Assembly: GCA_051294375.1 (NCBI GenBank)
Contig: CM119265.1
Span: 13,942,124 to 14,006,123 of the forward strand
DNA: 64,000 bases
DNA from: Paraspadella gotoi
Taxonomy: Eukaryota > Animalia > Chaetognatha
Direction: 5' to 3'
Shown here: positions 1 to 14,091 of the stretch, in pieces
Position numbering within the stretch: the stretch's first letter is position 1
Layout: the number at the start of each line of letters is the position of its first letter
The notes under the pieces: generated by a model
The model's input: the letters and a program-made list of their open reading frames with translations, nothing else
The model's database searches: none
What the model was told of the DNA's origin: nothing
Translations under genes and position numbers: made by a program

Positions 1-3000
1 AAGCGACTAAAGTTCTCTTGACGTGGCGCCACATGATCAAGTTATCGAGCAGGCGACCCGCGCCCTCCAATTGAGTTACGGATTCCGCGGTTTTGGAAAT
101 GGTCGGCGCCATAAGCAAATCAGTGGCAAAACGAGTTAATTTGAGGTGTAAGTCGGTGAAGTCTTTCCAACGCGATCGGGCATTGACCTGAAAAAAAGGA
201 ATGGGTTTTGACAAAAATTTAATATAATAAAAATAATAATAATATATATAAATATATATACAGATATATGTTAACCGTTGCACCTGCTGCAACAAAAGGG
301 CGGGAAGTTCGTCTCCCGACGCAATGCCCTGTCGCATGCACTCTAGACAATCGTGATAGCCGGAGAGGAGGTGACCTTCGCCGAGTTCGGCCAAAGGCGA
401 TTCTAGCATTAAGTCGTACGCTTGGGACACGGTCTTCGCTGGCAAAAGATGCAAGCGAAGAGGATCGCGGGCGCGCAAGTGATCGAACGATAACGAGAAT
501 GTTTCGGCTAAAAAAAAATTTAATACTAGTTTAATTTCTTTGTGTAAACTTTCGGACAAAAATACATAATCAGATACACAAATAACCTAAAATAACGAAA
601 ATTCCATTTGGGGACGCTGCGACACCACTCTGCGTAAAATCTTGTCCGCTGCAATTAAGAGCAACGCGTTCCGGATAAATAGCCAGTTTTTCTCCCTCCA
701 ATCCGAAAGTCACTAAAATTTAAATCACGAAATGTACTTGTGAAAGCCAACTGAAATTGTTGAACAAACTTATTTGGATTACTATCAATAATAAATTATT
801 GAGAAAAATTTTTAACTTCAACGAACTCACCCTTCAGCAGTAATCCGTCGGCGGAACTAACAAGAATGGAGTCGTCAAGTTTGCAGCAGCCTGTGAGTCC
901 TAAGCAAGTGATTCCGCCGATGTAATGCTGTTGCTCCACGGTACCTTTGGTGGAAACCCGCAAAGCAATCACGTAATTTTCTTTTAAGACCACGAGACAA
1001 GACAATCTTGCATCGGAAAACCAATGAAGATTTGAAACGGAAAGTTGGTCGTCGTCCGACCAAGGATCTTGTGGCAAAAGTTGAACGGAGATATCATCGG
1101 GATCAGACCTTAACAGATTTCGTACACAAGTATAATCAAAATTCTTTATTGGCAGGCTTTAATTAAAAGTAAAAACTGACCAATCTATTCGAAGCAACTT
1201 GACTACTCCTTTGTTAAAACCGACTGCTACTAGCCCCGAATGATCCGCTAATGACGAGGGGTGCATTTGGGACACCGCGCTAGGTTGGGAACAGCCAAGG
1301 TACAGAATGACCATTAATTCACAATCGTCTTCATGACTCAAAGGGAGAAATATCTGTAAAAATCATTCTTTACTCTGAAAAACTCTGAAAAATAAAAATA
1401 CACACGACCAAAACTTACTTTCCAAATAGCTAAATGTCCAGATTTCATAAAAACGAAGAGAAATGAGAAAACCCTCCTTTTACGAGGTCGAAGGACGTTG
1501 CCGCGGGAGTCACGGATGTCGATGGCGTCATGCGGAAACTGGTCGTCAACGACCCACGATTGGTCGAGCAGTCTTCCATCAGCGCCATCGATTGCTTGAG
1601 ACCACTCGATTAACTCAGCACACAGGGAATACGTGCGAGTCTGTAAAAAGCAATAAGTTAGAACTTAATACATATATAATATATAATACAAAATATCTCA
1701 TCAATTTTAATATACTACGTATTATTTTCAGCGTGGTTTGCGCTAATTATTTTAATAGGAAAATAAAATGCCAGAGAAACTTCAGGACTATACAGTAGAG
1801 TGGAGCACTAAAGAACAAAAAAATTATTTGAATGATCGAACAAGGATATTTAGATGTGAAATAGTATGATTAACTAATACAAAGAATATTTTGTTCATAT
1901 TGTCTCGGGAACAGAATAGTAGAATATAATATATTTGTAATAATATTCTTAAAAAAAAAAAAAAACAGATTCTTTATAAAAAGTTAAATCAAAAATATAA
2001 AACATATTATCAAAAATTCTGTCATCTTTAGTATTAAAATAGCAAAAAAAGTAAAAATTTATGATTTTTTTAATCTCTGTAGTAAAAACTTATATATGTT
2101 AAAATGTTTTAATCATTTTTTGAGATCATAACATTAAAATATCATTTAACATATTTTATAAAAGTTTTTTTATATTTTTTAAGGCGAATCCAAATATGTT
2201 CTAAAAAATAAAAACTTTAACGATTTTATAAAGATATTACAGCATAAATAATTGAATTTACTATACTGTTATGCTAAAAAAATTTTAAAAGGATTTAAAA
2301 TTTATTAATTGTATGTCCATAGGCAGCAAAAAAATAATGTTCAATCGCTCAAATCTTTTCATCACTCCACCCTACTAAGCAGTATGCAATTGCCGGGCGT
2401 TTTCGATTAAGATGGCAGTATAGCAACGGCCAGGTTGCCTGTGATGCCCATTGGGATGAGGCATCTTTCTGTTGGCTTTGGGGGCTGTCCGACCCTCAGT
2501 GACGCCTCCTATCATTGGCGCGATAACCCTGGGCCGGTCTCGCTTTGCCAACGCAGAGGTGCGTTCCCACTCTGAGCCAATGAGATTGGCTGAACGTTGT
2601 TCAGTGAACGATGTTGGATGTGAGGCGGTGTAAATATACCGCCACAGCAGTATATTATCCTTACTTGCAAATTCAATAGGTCCTCTGCAATTTCAATGCC
2701 GACTTTCCGCTGATAACGGGCGAACGCGGGATTTTTCTCGATTTGAGGCCGAGCGTTGTCGGCATGAACATAACCAGATGCTGCGGAAATTTCGTGCAAA
2801 CGGGAGGAGAGGCAGCACACTTCCTATACCAGTTAAGAAAGACAAAAATCAGGGCGATTATCAAACAAAACTATGCCAATTTAAAATACGGGTAGCTCCA
2901 CTCAATAGGGTGAGTAAAAGATTAGGAGAGAGGACCAGCTCGAAAATTCTTATATGGCTCTATACCCTAGTAATTAATTTTTTAATATTTATTTACGGAT

Positions 3001-3299
3001 CTGAAAGACTAATTTTTTTTAAATTTAAATTTTAGAGACAAGATTCAGATAGCTCGTCTACACAAGGTATAATTTTTAAAAAAATATTTAATAAGTGGGA
3101 CAAAAATAAGAAAAACCGTTAAAAATCATCATCTTTCGATAATTTTATCAGTTTTTTAAAAACGTAAAATTTAATGTAAAGCGTAAAACTTAAAATTTTA
3201 AAAAGCTGTAATTATGTTTTTTGTTTTTATGCTATATCAGAATCTATAAAAAAATTTTTAAATATTTTAAATTGTTAATTTTTTTTTTCATTATAATAG

Positions 3300-3333
<34 letters not shown>

Positions 3334-5740
3334 ATTATATATATATATAATATGTTATTATTTTATTTTGAATCAACATATATGGAAATATGACAAAAAA
3401 TAATTTAGGAATCGCTAGACAATTTAAAAATTGCTCAAGATATATTGATGACCTTTTTTCAGCCGATTTTAAGGATTTTAAAATACATCTTGCCAACATA
3501 TATCCAGCAGCACTTACTGTCAATAAATCTAATAGTACAGATACAAATGTAGATTACTTAGACATAAACATTAAATCAGAAAACAAAAATCTTACTCTGT
3601 CTGTTTATGATAAAAGGGATTCCTTTTCTTTTGAAGTAGTTAATTACCCATATATGGACAGTTGTATTCCTAAAAAAAGCAGCACTAGGTGTATTTATTA
3701 GCCAATTAATAAGATATGCAAGAATATGTTCGACGTTTGCAGATTTTTTCTTCAAGAGCTATAAATTTAAGCAAAAAACTACAAAAGTCAGGGTTATATA
3801 TTTAAGGACTTAAGAAAAATGGGAATTAAATTTTTCAATAATTATAAGGAGCTAATAAAAAAATATAATGTTACTGATGTTAATCTATTTTCAAAAAGAT
3901 TATACATGATAGTTCCTAATAAAAATGATAAGGAAAAATAACAAAAATAAACCACTAAATAATAATTATAATAATAACATCAACAATATTATTTAAATAA
4001 CTTATTTAACTTATTTAACTTATTTAACTCTCTGATTTAATTTATTTTTTAACTTTTACCAATTAACTTAATGTTAACTTTACATTAACATACCCTTAAT
4101 TATTAACATATTATTAAACAAATTATTAACTTATTTTATTTATTTACAATTTACAAATTATTACAAAACCTGAATAAAATTTCTCTAAAATTAATAATGC
4201 TGTGATGCCAGGGCTTTGGTCTGTTTCAGATAAACATTCAAGATATACATTTAAAATATAAGATAAGCAACAATGAAGGATCACCATTTGGTGATGGCTC
4301 GCCTATACCTGGATATTGGGATTAAAGAGCCGAAATCCATGAAGGGTATAGGTTCCCAACTGATGACCTTCCCATTGTATAAAAATAAAAAATAAAAAAA
4401 TTCAAAAAAGAAATAATTTAAAAAGTAGAATAAAGAAAAAATATAATTTTAAAATTATATTCATGACATAAAGGTGCCCCTATAGACCTTTCCCCGGTAT
4501 GTATCCCTATCAGAACATACAATTCTACATGGTAGTCTTATCCCTATTGGTAAAAAAAATCATATATAACTTTGATCACCCCTCAAAAAATTATCCATTC
4601 CCACCCCTTTCTGTTCAGCCTCTTAGATATTATGATTTTTCATTAATGACTTTCTAACAGAAATGATGTGTGATATCTATTAGAAAACTAGGACAGATAG
4701 TAATCTAACCTTGTGTTGTATAGATGCTCCCTCTATTTCCAGAAGACAACACTGACTTCCCCTTCCCAAATTGAATTATTAGATAAATAAAACATTTTTA
4801 AGAAAGAAAGCAATATATATTTGATTAAATAATAAGATTAATACTATATCCTTCATAAAATAGAAAAATAGAAAATAGTGAAACAAGTAATTTGCAAATT
4901 TTCATAATAATTTTAATTAGGCTAGTACCCTCAGAAGAAAGCATTTTTGACAGAAAATACTTTAATACAATAATTTACGCTTAATGCTTATGAAGAGGAA
5001 GGCGAAATTTATTCAATAAATTCAGTCAAGGGAAAGCGTACAAAACAAACGAATTCGTTTGTATACTTTCTGCTTTGCTACAAATTAAAAAAAATTACTT
5101 TTTTTTAGGTAATATAGTTTTCATTTTTACAATTTACAAAACAATTACAGTCGATCTCCACAGCAGCATCCCGTAATTTTTAAGAATAAGGACACTTGCT
5201 AAAGAAATATGAAAAGAAATACCTGCCATCCCCTCCCATGCAGTTTGTTGGTGTGCAAAGTAAGACGATGATCGTGACTTAACACTGCAATTGCGCATCT
5301 GTAAAGACATTGACACAGCATTTTCACTATTTCGCAAATAAAAAAGAAAATTGAAAGGTCTTTTCAGACCTGCCCCTGGAATCTCCGCCGACAGGACTCC
5401 AAATCGCTCGACGACATCCTTTGTGGGATACGGAAGATCCAATGTTCGGTGAGAGAGAGCGATCGAGCATGAATTGCGCTAAAGTAGCAGTGTCAAGGTT
5501 TTTCAGCAGCGCCTCCCGATCGACGCCAACATCAAAGGAGCATACTTCCTTCGAGGCAGCAATGAACTCCTTGTGAACGACGAAAGACGAGGAAAAGTCA
5601 GTCGGCGATGTTTTTATAATAAGGACGTAAACGCCGAGATCGCAGGCGAGCGCTACGCGGTTGTCGGGCGACCAAGTCAGTGCCGATCGCTTTCCCGTAG
5701 TCGCGTGAAAGTTCATTGTGAAGAATCCTTTGGAGCCCAT
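1..5740 (-). CDS. GTF3C4: General transcription factor IIIC subunit 4 (TFIIIC90)-like; multi-exon, 3' end outside the window
   Basis: First exon LTWSPDNRVAL...QFMLDRSLSP...WSPVGGDSRGR, then CAIAVLSHDHRL, resembles human LSWSEDHRV...TFMLDRVFNP...WSPMGCDANGRCLLA. Further exons between ~1 and 1640; ~3.5 kb intron (1640-5220) holds repeats. Confidence 0.75.
3390..3900 (+). mobile_element. Penelope-like element reverse transcriptase fragment, 5'-truncated and frameshifted, in GTF3C4 intron
   Basis: SRYIDDLF (YxDD), VDYLDINI, SVYDKRDSFSFEVVNYPYMDSCIP and, after a frameshift, FISQLIRYARICS: typical PLE RT/thumb motifs. Confidence 0.8.
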
Positions 5741-6008
5741 CCCGAAGTCATTAAACAAGTCGGTTGTGAGGACAAAGAATAGGTAAAAGGTTTATCAACC
5801 GTTATAAACAAAAAGCATAGCTTTGATGGATGTCCTGATAAAAATAAATGCAACATAAGGCCTAAAAACCGCATAACATGAAATATGCATGCTACGTAGA
5901 ACGTATAAAAAATAAATAAACAAAATATTAAATTAAGGACTACGGAGTATTTTAGTTAAAAAATGTAGAATTTAATCTCGGGGTAGTATCAGTAGGAAAA
6001 TTAATATA

Positions 6009-6607
6009 CAGTGTGTCCCAATGGTATTGTCCGTTAATAAAAACTTACTATTCCTATACCAAATCGAAAAACTTGAATACATAATCATGAATAAGCGCAC
6101 AAGTATGGACCATTTCTTTCGGATATCTGTAAGAGAGCTAAATGGTCCTAAAATTGAACAAAGCAAACTCCTGTAGTTAATAAATTAAATTATATATTTT
6201 ATATTTAATTAATATTTTTTAAATATTTATTAAATAATCTTTTAAATCGTTTCCTTAGATGCAGGACAGCGAGAAACAACCTCATATTTTTAGCTACAGA
6301 GCTTTTAATTTTTGGGTTTTTTTAATAAATGCACTTTTATACAAAATTAAAATTTAAATACAATTAAAAAAAATTTTCTATATAATTTTTTAATAAATTT
6401 TTTTTAAAAAAAATTAAAAAAGTAAAAAACTAGAACTCATTTACATTGAATGTTTTGCAAAGAAAAATTAATAATAATTGAATTTGAAATATAGTATCAT
6501 AAATGGTAAGATTAGTATCCTTGACATTGTATCTCAGAAATAAGATTTAAGAACACAATTCCGCACAAAATGTAAAAGTTAACCGACAGTACCATTGGGA
6601 CACACTG
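6009..6607. mobile_element. Tc1/mariner-type MITE
   Basis: TIRs CAGTGTGTCCCAATGGTA / TACCATTGGGACACACTG flanked by TA on both sides; AT-rich non-coding interior. Confidence 0.85.
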
Positions 6608-6803
6608 TATCTCTGGTAAACATGAGTATTGAGTAATTGCAATACGTTTTCGTAAACTGTCGAGTGTCGGAAAACAAAAATGACTAAACCCTTAAATGGA
6701 AATGAAAGCATTGACTTTACTATCCTTCATCTAAGTAAGGTCGAAATGCTTGTAAGAAAGCGCTGACTTGACTAATGACTATACTGAGTTATTGCCACGC
6801 CTC

Positions 6804-9800
6804 TTAGTATTCAATAGATTCCATAACTAGAGTAGCAGCTCCCACTAAAGCTGGATATTCCAACTTGGAAACAGTGATCGATACGTCCCGAGCATTTATA
6901 AGGGCACGGGTGTTCACGAGGTTTTTGACGGGTTGGACCAGCACGTTTGCCAAGTGACCCACGAAAACAATACGACGGGGATTAAGTACGTGCAAAATAT
7001 TCAAACAAGCGATGGCCATTGCATTACAAGCGCGATCAACGACGGCCTTGGCTGCGTCGTTTCCTCTCTCCGCCGCATCTATTAATACACGCGCAAGAGG
7101 TAAATCGGCTTCTTGCTCAGCGACTATCAACTCCCCTTCGCTAACTAGTCTCTCTGCAAAGGTATTGAGAGCCGCGCCCCCGGCGAAAGATTCCAAGCAC
7201 CCATGGAAGCCGCACGAACATAAAAAGCTATCCTCAGCCATGGAAACCACGATATGACCCAACTCTCCGCCGCAATAAGCGCTACCCCTGACCAAACTTC
7301 CCTCATCGTTGATGATTCCACCTCCGATTCCGGTGCCAGTGGCAATGACAACGAGACTCCGGGCGTGGTCACCATCGACATGCTGACCCCAACGGGACTC
7401 CCCCAACGCCGAGCAGTTTCCGTCATTATCGACGAAGACAGGAAGCGGGCGTCGCTTGTTTCCGAGAGAGCCCTTCCATTCTGCAAAGAATCCGGCAGCG
7501 TTCATCGACGCTCGAAGGTTAGCGAGGAGTTCGCAGCCAGACCAGCCTTCGAGCAGCAAAGTCGCGTCGAGAACTTTTCCGGCGACGACGTCGACTCGTC
7601 CGCCAGTGGAAATGCCGACGCCGATGACTCGTAACTCTTGTCGCCGAGCTTCGAGAAGCAAAGAGCAGACGTTATCGACTATGTATTGGAAACGCTGACG
7701 AACATCGCGAGGTGATTCGACAAAGCGCAGGTTTGAGACAACGCCTTTCGTGGAAACGAGGGCAACGCGAAGCCAGGAACCGCCTAAGTCGACGGCGGCC
7801 ACATAAGAGACGGGGTCCCAATCTCCACTGACGTTCTCTGAATCGACGTCTTCGGCGGAAGACGAGCAAGTTTCGTAGGATTTTCCACCGTGATCGAGCT
7901 CCTCATTCGACGCACCGCTTAAATATCGGGGTCCCGTGAGTTTGGTGCAAGCGGAAAAATCGAAAGTTTTTTGAATCGGGAATTCGAGGTTGATCCTCTA
8001 AAAGGGGAGAACGAGAGAGAAATTTTAAAATAAATTTACTGGTTCTCTTGTTCAAAATTTTACCTTAAGGAACTTTATTATGCGAGGTACTGCATGACCA
8101 TCACCGTAAATGAATGAGCGAGGGAACTGCTTTCCGAACTGCTTGTTCATTGATTCTATCAGGTCTTCCACAGATTTTAGGGCAGATAAGTGGAGCACGT
8201 TAGAAGCCGACTCTCTCCCAATCTGTCTGGTGCCTATGTTGATAACCGGGACGCCGAAAGCTCCAGCCTCGCGGATGCCGGCTGAGCTGTTGCCCACAAC
8301 AAGTCCCGCGTTGGCTAAGAGGATAATAAATTGTTGAAAAGGCACATGCTTCATTGGATATATGAAAGGGTGAATGGAGGGCTGGATGCCCTTGAGCCGA
8401 GCAATCCGAGTCATTTCTTTCGATCCAGCATCCACGTTAGGCATGAGTAGTAATGTCTTTTTTCCAAATCGTATAAGCGCGTCAAGCAACAGGTCGAAGT
8501 GAATAATGCTCTCAGCCAATGCAGTGGTAACTGGATGTTGCACCGCGATAATGTAATTGTGTGGTTGGCATTCAGGATCAAGCCAAGTTGCTAGTGACTC
8601 GTGATAATCAGAAACCTAAAAGTTTGACAAAAATAGCCCCGTGAAGAAGATTGAATTTACAGCGATATTACATAAAATAATTATAAATGAGAAAACTCAC
8701 ATTGGCACTAAGTAGTGAATCGTAAGAAGGACATCCAGAAACCATGATGCGTTCTTTCTCTTCTCCCATTGCTAAAAGACGCCGTTTGGCCAACTCATTA
8801 GATACCAGATGAAATTGCGATAGTTTGCTGATGGCGTGGCGAAGACAATCGTCAATCGTGCCGCTCACTTCGCCCCCTTGAAAATCATTTTTTTACAAAA
8901 AAATATTAATTAGATAAATGAAGCTACGAAGGGTTCGTAGACACAGGGTATGGCCTAGGGTCATTGAATTGTTTAGCCGTCGCAACAACGCGCGCGCCCA
9001 CACACTCTCTCCCTCTCTCATGTGACGCCAGATAAAATAAACTTGGCTTAAATCTCCAATAAAATTTCTAATCTTTTGTCCCATTTATGTTTACTACATT
9101 AGGATCTAAAAAAAGAAGTAATATTAAATATAACTAGTACAAAGTAAAGACAATTATTTACCCTCCATGTGAACGATTCTGATGTTCATCAAAGCAGCAG
9201 CACCAGCGTATGAAAGGACATCGAATCTATCGCCGTGAATGAGTAGCAGATCCGGATGAAGTCGAGCCAATACGTCCGGCAACTTGATCATGGAAAGACC
9301 CACGGATTCTACCATTGCCGCTTCATCCTCACCTAAGTTGAGAAAAGGGTGAAACTATAAGATCAGCTTTAAAGAGTCATTTAATTTCCCAACTAATTTA
9401 CGAAAAAAGAAAGAAAATACAAATAAACCTTGAGCGATAAATGAAAAAAAATCATAAGGATCTTCGCAATCGCATAGCAAAAATCTGAATCCATGATAAA
9501 CTTTGATGCGCAAAAAATCAAATTTGATACAGGAAAACTAAGTTTTATGCATAACAAACTTGGCATAATACAGGGAGGTCCAGCTCTTTTGGGACTAATT
9601 TTAAAAAATCGTTTGGACGGGTAAAATTGAATGAAAATTGGTACACTTGTAAAAAGTTGTAATGATAACGCAATCAATTAAGAAGATTCACATTCAGCAA
9701 CCATGACCTTCTCTAAGTGCTCAGAGAAGGCGGCATATGCTTTTGGGACCGCGCCCGTTGGGAATGCTGTTATTTCCAGAAGAAATGCGTGGGACATTTT

Positions 9801-12122
9801 CCTTCTGTATCCTACATTTTCATCAATCAGGGGGATTGCCGTTAGAAAAACTGCGCGGCCAAAAGTCAGAAGTCACCAATGCCTTCAAAAATATTATTCA
9901 TTGACCGCAGATATCCAAACAATAATAAAATCCAAAAAAAAAATAAAAAAAAAGAGAGAATAAGAATAAAAAAAAGAGAGAAAGACAAGGGAGAGAAAAA
10001 TAACAAAGAGAAAAAACGAGAATAGGAAATGAAAATGAAACCATGGAAAACGTATAAAAATGAAATGAATAAAATGAAATGAATTGAATGAATAAAATTA
10101 ATTGAGTGAATGATATAAACTTAAATTTATTTAAATAAATGAATGAATTGAGGTAAATAAATTGTATCGAGTCAACAAATTTACAAGTATGAACTGAATT
10201 AAGTAAATTTAACGAATTTAATTAGAGTAGTGCGGGAAAACACTTTTGAAAGTAATTTTCTTTCGCATAGTAATTATATTTTGATGCAGCAATGAATGAA
10301 ATCGGTTACTACATCAAATGAATTATTGAATATAGTCCAGAAAGAGCTCTAAAACCCGTTATAAGAGGTAAAATATGCCCGAGATAAGACAAGTAAATTT
10401 ACTAAGTACCAAGAGGTTAAACTTAACTATAAAATGCCCATTTCAATTGTATCTTACTTATAAGAATCTTGGCATGGTTTCGCATCGGTGAAGAATTCTC
10501 GCTACTTAATACTTGCTATGTAGTCTGTAAGTCTTTGCTATATAATTAGCTAGATAGCTACGCTTACGCCTAAAGTAGAGAAATAGAAACATGATTAAAC
10601 ACTATTGATGGATCTTCATTATCTTATTTTTTTTTTTTTTTTTTTTTTCTGAAAAGAAAACAGAGCAAACAAATAATTGCGGGAATGGTTGCAAAAATAA
10701 CTTATGTCAACAATAAACGAGAACAAATAAGGGGAAGATAAAAATGAAAAAGAAGAAGAGATCGGGAGACAAAGTCAAGCAACTCCGTCCACATGAGACG
10801 GCAACTCAATCACGGGACTTCGGGAAGCGAGCAGGTCCCCGTTCTCGCGCTGAAGGCAGACAGAAAGTCTCTCAAAAAAATCTTATTGAACACAATTTAG
10901 TACTATTAGTGACTGACTGTAATACGAGAGTGCGCCCCCAAAACCAAAACAGAATAAAGGTTAAACTCTTGAACAAATAAAGATAAAGTCAATTTCTAAG
11001 TAATAAAGTGCCAAATTATAATTATTATTTAATTAAAATATTAGTATAATTCCTGTCAATCATTAACATTGCTAAAGACTATAACTACTGAAAAACCGGA
11101 AAACAGAACTAATATTGAAATCAAAGATGAAAATGTACTCATTTAAGTTAATTACTACAATATGTAAATAAGATTGAGAAATTTATTATATTATTTTTTT
11201 TTTGAAGGGTTTCCTAATACCAACCCAGGTATACAGATTAAACTACTATACCTGGATCTATAACCGACAGAAACGGCAGGGGAAATCGTTTTATGCAATG
11301 GCGTTATTAAACAGAGAACATAATAATTATTTTGACTTCATTCTAAGGGCTATTTACCTCTAACAATGGTGTGCAACCTCGCGTCAGGATTAAAGCCGTC
11401 TTCTACTAACATTCGAAAGGTTAATCCGTAGTCGTCAAGCAAATGACTGCCTGACACGATGATTGAGAGTTCGAAAGCTGAATCGGCTTGAAGGTTGCGA
11501 ATAACAGGAGACAGTTTGGAATAGTCCGCTCGATTGCAAGTAGCCACGCAAACGCGAATAGGTCTTGGAAAGGAAAAAAAAGTTTCGTTATCTTTGAATA
11601 TCATTTTATAAACTTATTGTGATAAACGACAGTACCGAGCGCTTAACGAAAGGTTTTTCGAGTCTGAGCAATGAATCGTCTTCTGTAAGGGATTCAGCAA
11701 CAATTGTGGACGGATGGTACGGTTTCCACTTAAAGCAGAATCACGCGGCGAAAGCTGGATACCTTTGGTCAAAATTAAGAATTTGAAGTTTGTTTTTTTT
11801 TCCGCCGTAAATTTCAAAAAGAAAAAAACCTACCAGGAGACGCGGCGGCTTTACAAACGGCGTCAATGCTAAGCGGCCCAGTGATAGGAGGAAGCTGACT
11901 GTGGGTGGGCGGATTACACCTCAGTCCCACTTTAACGGCAAAGTCTTGGGGAGACAATTGCGTGGAGGAGGATATAGGAACTTTAGGTGGCGAGGAAAAT
12001 TCGAGGTTTTGACTAGTTTTTCCTGAATTTCTAGATGGCTCAGGAAATCCTTGAAAAACTTCGGCCCCCAGACGTTCCCGCTCTTCCGCTTTAGTGAAAC
12101 CATTTTGAGTTAGGTTTGGCAT
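6804..12122 (-). CDS. GNE: Bifunctional UDP-GlcNAc 2-epimerase / ManNAc kinase; multi-exon
   Basis: [72 protein letters not shown], then ROK kinase ([34 protein letters not shown]). GT-AG introns. Confidence 0.95.
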
Positions 12123-12265
12123 GGCATTCACAAATCGCAGTCAAACTTCTGGGAGTGGAGAATCATTTAAATTGTATTTGAGAAAGTATCAAAAAGCTTT
12201 CCTCAAGACAAACAAATGAAAGTGACTAACAGGAAGCAGTAGAAGCAACAAATAGGTGGATCTGA

Positions 12266-14091
12266 TCAATAATTTTCTGTCTTCATCATGTCGATCCCCA
12301 GAAACTCTTCGTCATCCGGCGATCTCTCATAGTCCTCGACTACCATTTCAGGGTCGGGGTCAGGCGCGTAAAAGTTTTGGATGAAGGAATTTCCGGCGGG
12401 ATCATCCAGAAGCAACGTGAAGGGAGTCTCCAGAGCAATGAGGGAATCGAGACGACGGGAAAAAGTGTCCATCTTGGCTTTTGTTTCCGAAATGGCCGAG
12501 TCTCCCATGAGAAATGGATTACTTGAAAATGTGAAAAAAAATATGTTATGACTTATGCTAAATTTATCTCCTGGGCGGTTTTTCAATTCTGAGCTCACCC
12601 CTCTAACAATTGCTCCTTAATAGCCTCTAGAAGTCCTTCGACAGTTGTAAATTTCCCGCCGCATGATGAGAGGAGTGCTTCGAATTCCAGTTCGGGGATC
12701 TTCAAGGTGCACGTCTCAGATTTCAATACATCGCGAGTGAGATCTGACGACTCCTTAACGTTTAGCCGTAATCTTCGCCCCTTAGAAGCCACACCGCCGC
12801 CAACCTAAACGATAAAGAATACACAAAGAAACAAAAAAAATAACTTAAAGTGATCATTAAGTTCTATGCTCACTGCTCAGTACAATATAATATAATACAA
12901 TATAATACAATACAATATAATATCAGTCTTGGCAGAATTACAAACCTTTACTTCGTTAGTCTTGTTACCGCAGGATTCGCAAGTTGTTGCCATAATAACG
13001 ACTTCCTTGAAGTGTGGAATATTAGTCATTTTCATTCTCGTTTCAGCCGGCGCTTGACATTCTGGACAATTAGTAGGGAATGTCAGAATCTCGTCTTTTT
13101 CTATTAAATCCAAAGGCTGAAAACAATAAAAGGAAGATCATAAAACGGACTCGTAACGAGTAAAAATAAAAGTGGTAAAATGGAGTCGGTTGGGCTGATG
13201 CTCTCACCGGCCCTGATTCATCGGTCAAATCTTCCTCCGCGTCATCGCTCGCCAGACCAAGGTCCTTTGAATCTTCTAACGTTCTTTTGTACTTTTTGAT
13301 AATTAAGGAAGGATCTTCTTTAGGAGCTAAGGGATTTTCCACAAAACTGTTACCCGAAGGATCGCGAATATTCAAGCTGAAAGGGGTTGGTTCTTCCAAC
13401 AACTACTGGGAGATAAGGTTTTAAAAAAATTGGGTGTCGTGAAACTCAAAATGTGCTCATCTCGTACCGACTTCAACTTTTCCACGAACTCATCGATTTT
13501 CGTCGCCAAATCCGGATGGGCAATTTTTCGAACGACCTGATCCTGGAGGAGACCGTCGATTGCCCGTTCGACCACGCCCTCGACCGTGGTTAGGGTTCCC
13601 TTTTGGGACCCAGGCGGGATCTCAAAGTCGAGTTCAGGGATCGAGACGCGAGCAGAGTCGGTTTTTATCACCTGACGGTTTAGGTCTGATTTTGACTTCA
13701 CCTAAATTTAGCGAAAAATGAAAATTCATTGGGTGTATTTGGTCAATGGAGAAAATAATCTATAACCCTAAGCGTTATGTCGACTCCAAGACTTTGGACG
13801 GGGGAAGCCGACTGAACTTCATTGTTCTCGTTTCCGCAATTTTCGCAACGAAAAGAGGAAATGACGACCTAGAAAATCAAAGAGCAGTGCATTAACGTAA
13901 AGAAGGAAACGATCTTGTCTCGCCTCGTCTTGTTTTACTTCTTTGTAAAAAGGTATTTTGGTGAGGAGTAGCCGCGTGACGCCGTTTTCGTGACACGCCA
14001 TGCAAAATGATTCGATCTCTGTCGTCTCGAGTTCCTCTACTTCTCCGTGAATATTCTGGAATAAAGGCGACCGCTTCTCTTCCACAGACAT
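12266..14091 (-). CDS. ZPR1: Zinc finger protein ZPR1; multi-exon
   Basis: Two ZPR1 modules: ESFCMAC...[12 protein letters not shown] and FPTNCPEC...[18 protein letters not shown]; TTVEG and DPSGNSF/DPAGNSF motifs. Confidence 0.95.

Noticed and set aside
4271-4366. SECIS element suggested by ATGAA...TGAT motifs
   Set aside because: No 9-12 bp helix II with an apical AA can be built by eye; kept only as an unclassified structured RNA.
7012-7698. Antisense ORFs over GNE, and similar ones over DNAJA3, PEX5, DCTN2 and 26531-27325
   Set aside because: Shadow frames of GC-rich coding exons with no recognisable motifs.
6804-8543. Bacterial NeuC + ROK kinase operon or HGT
   Set aside because: These are exons of one intron-containing animal-type GNE.
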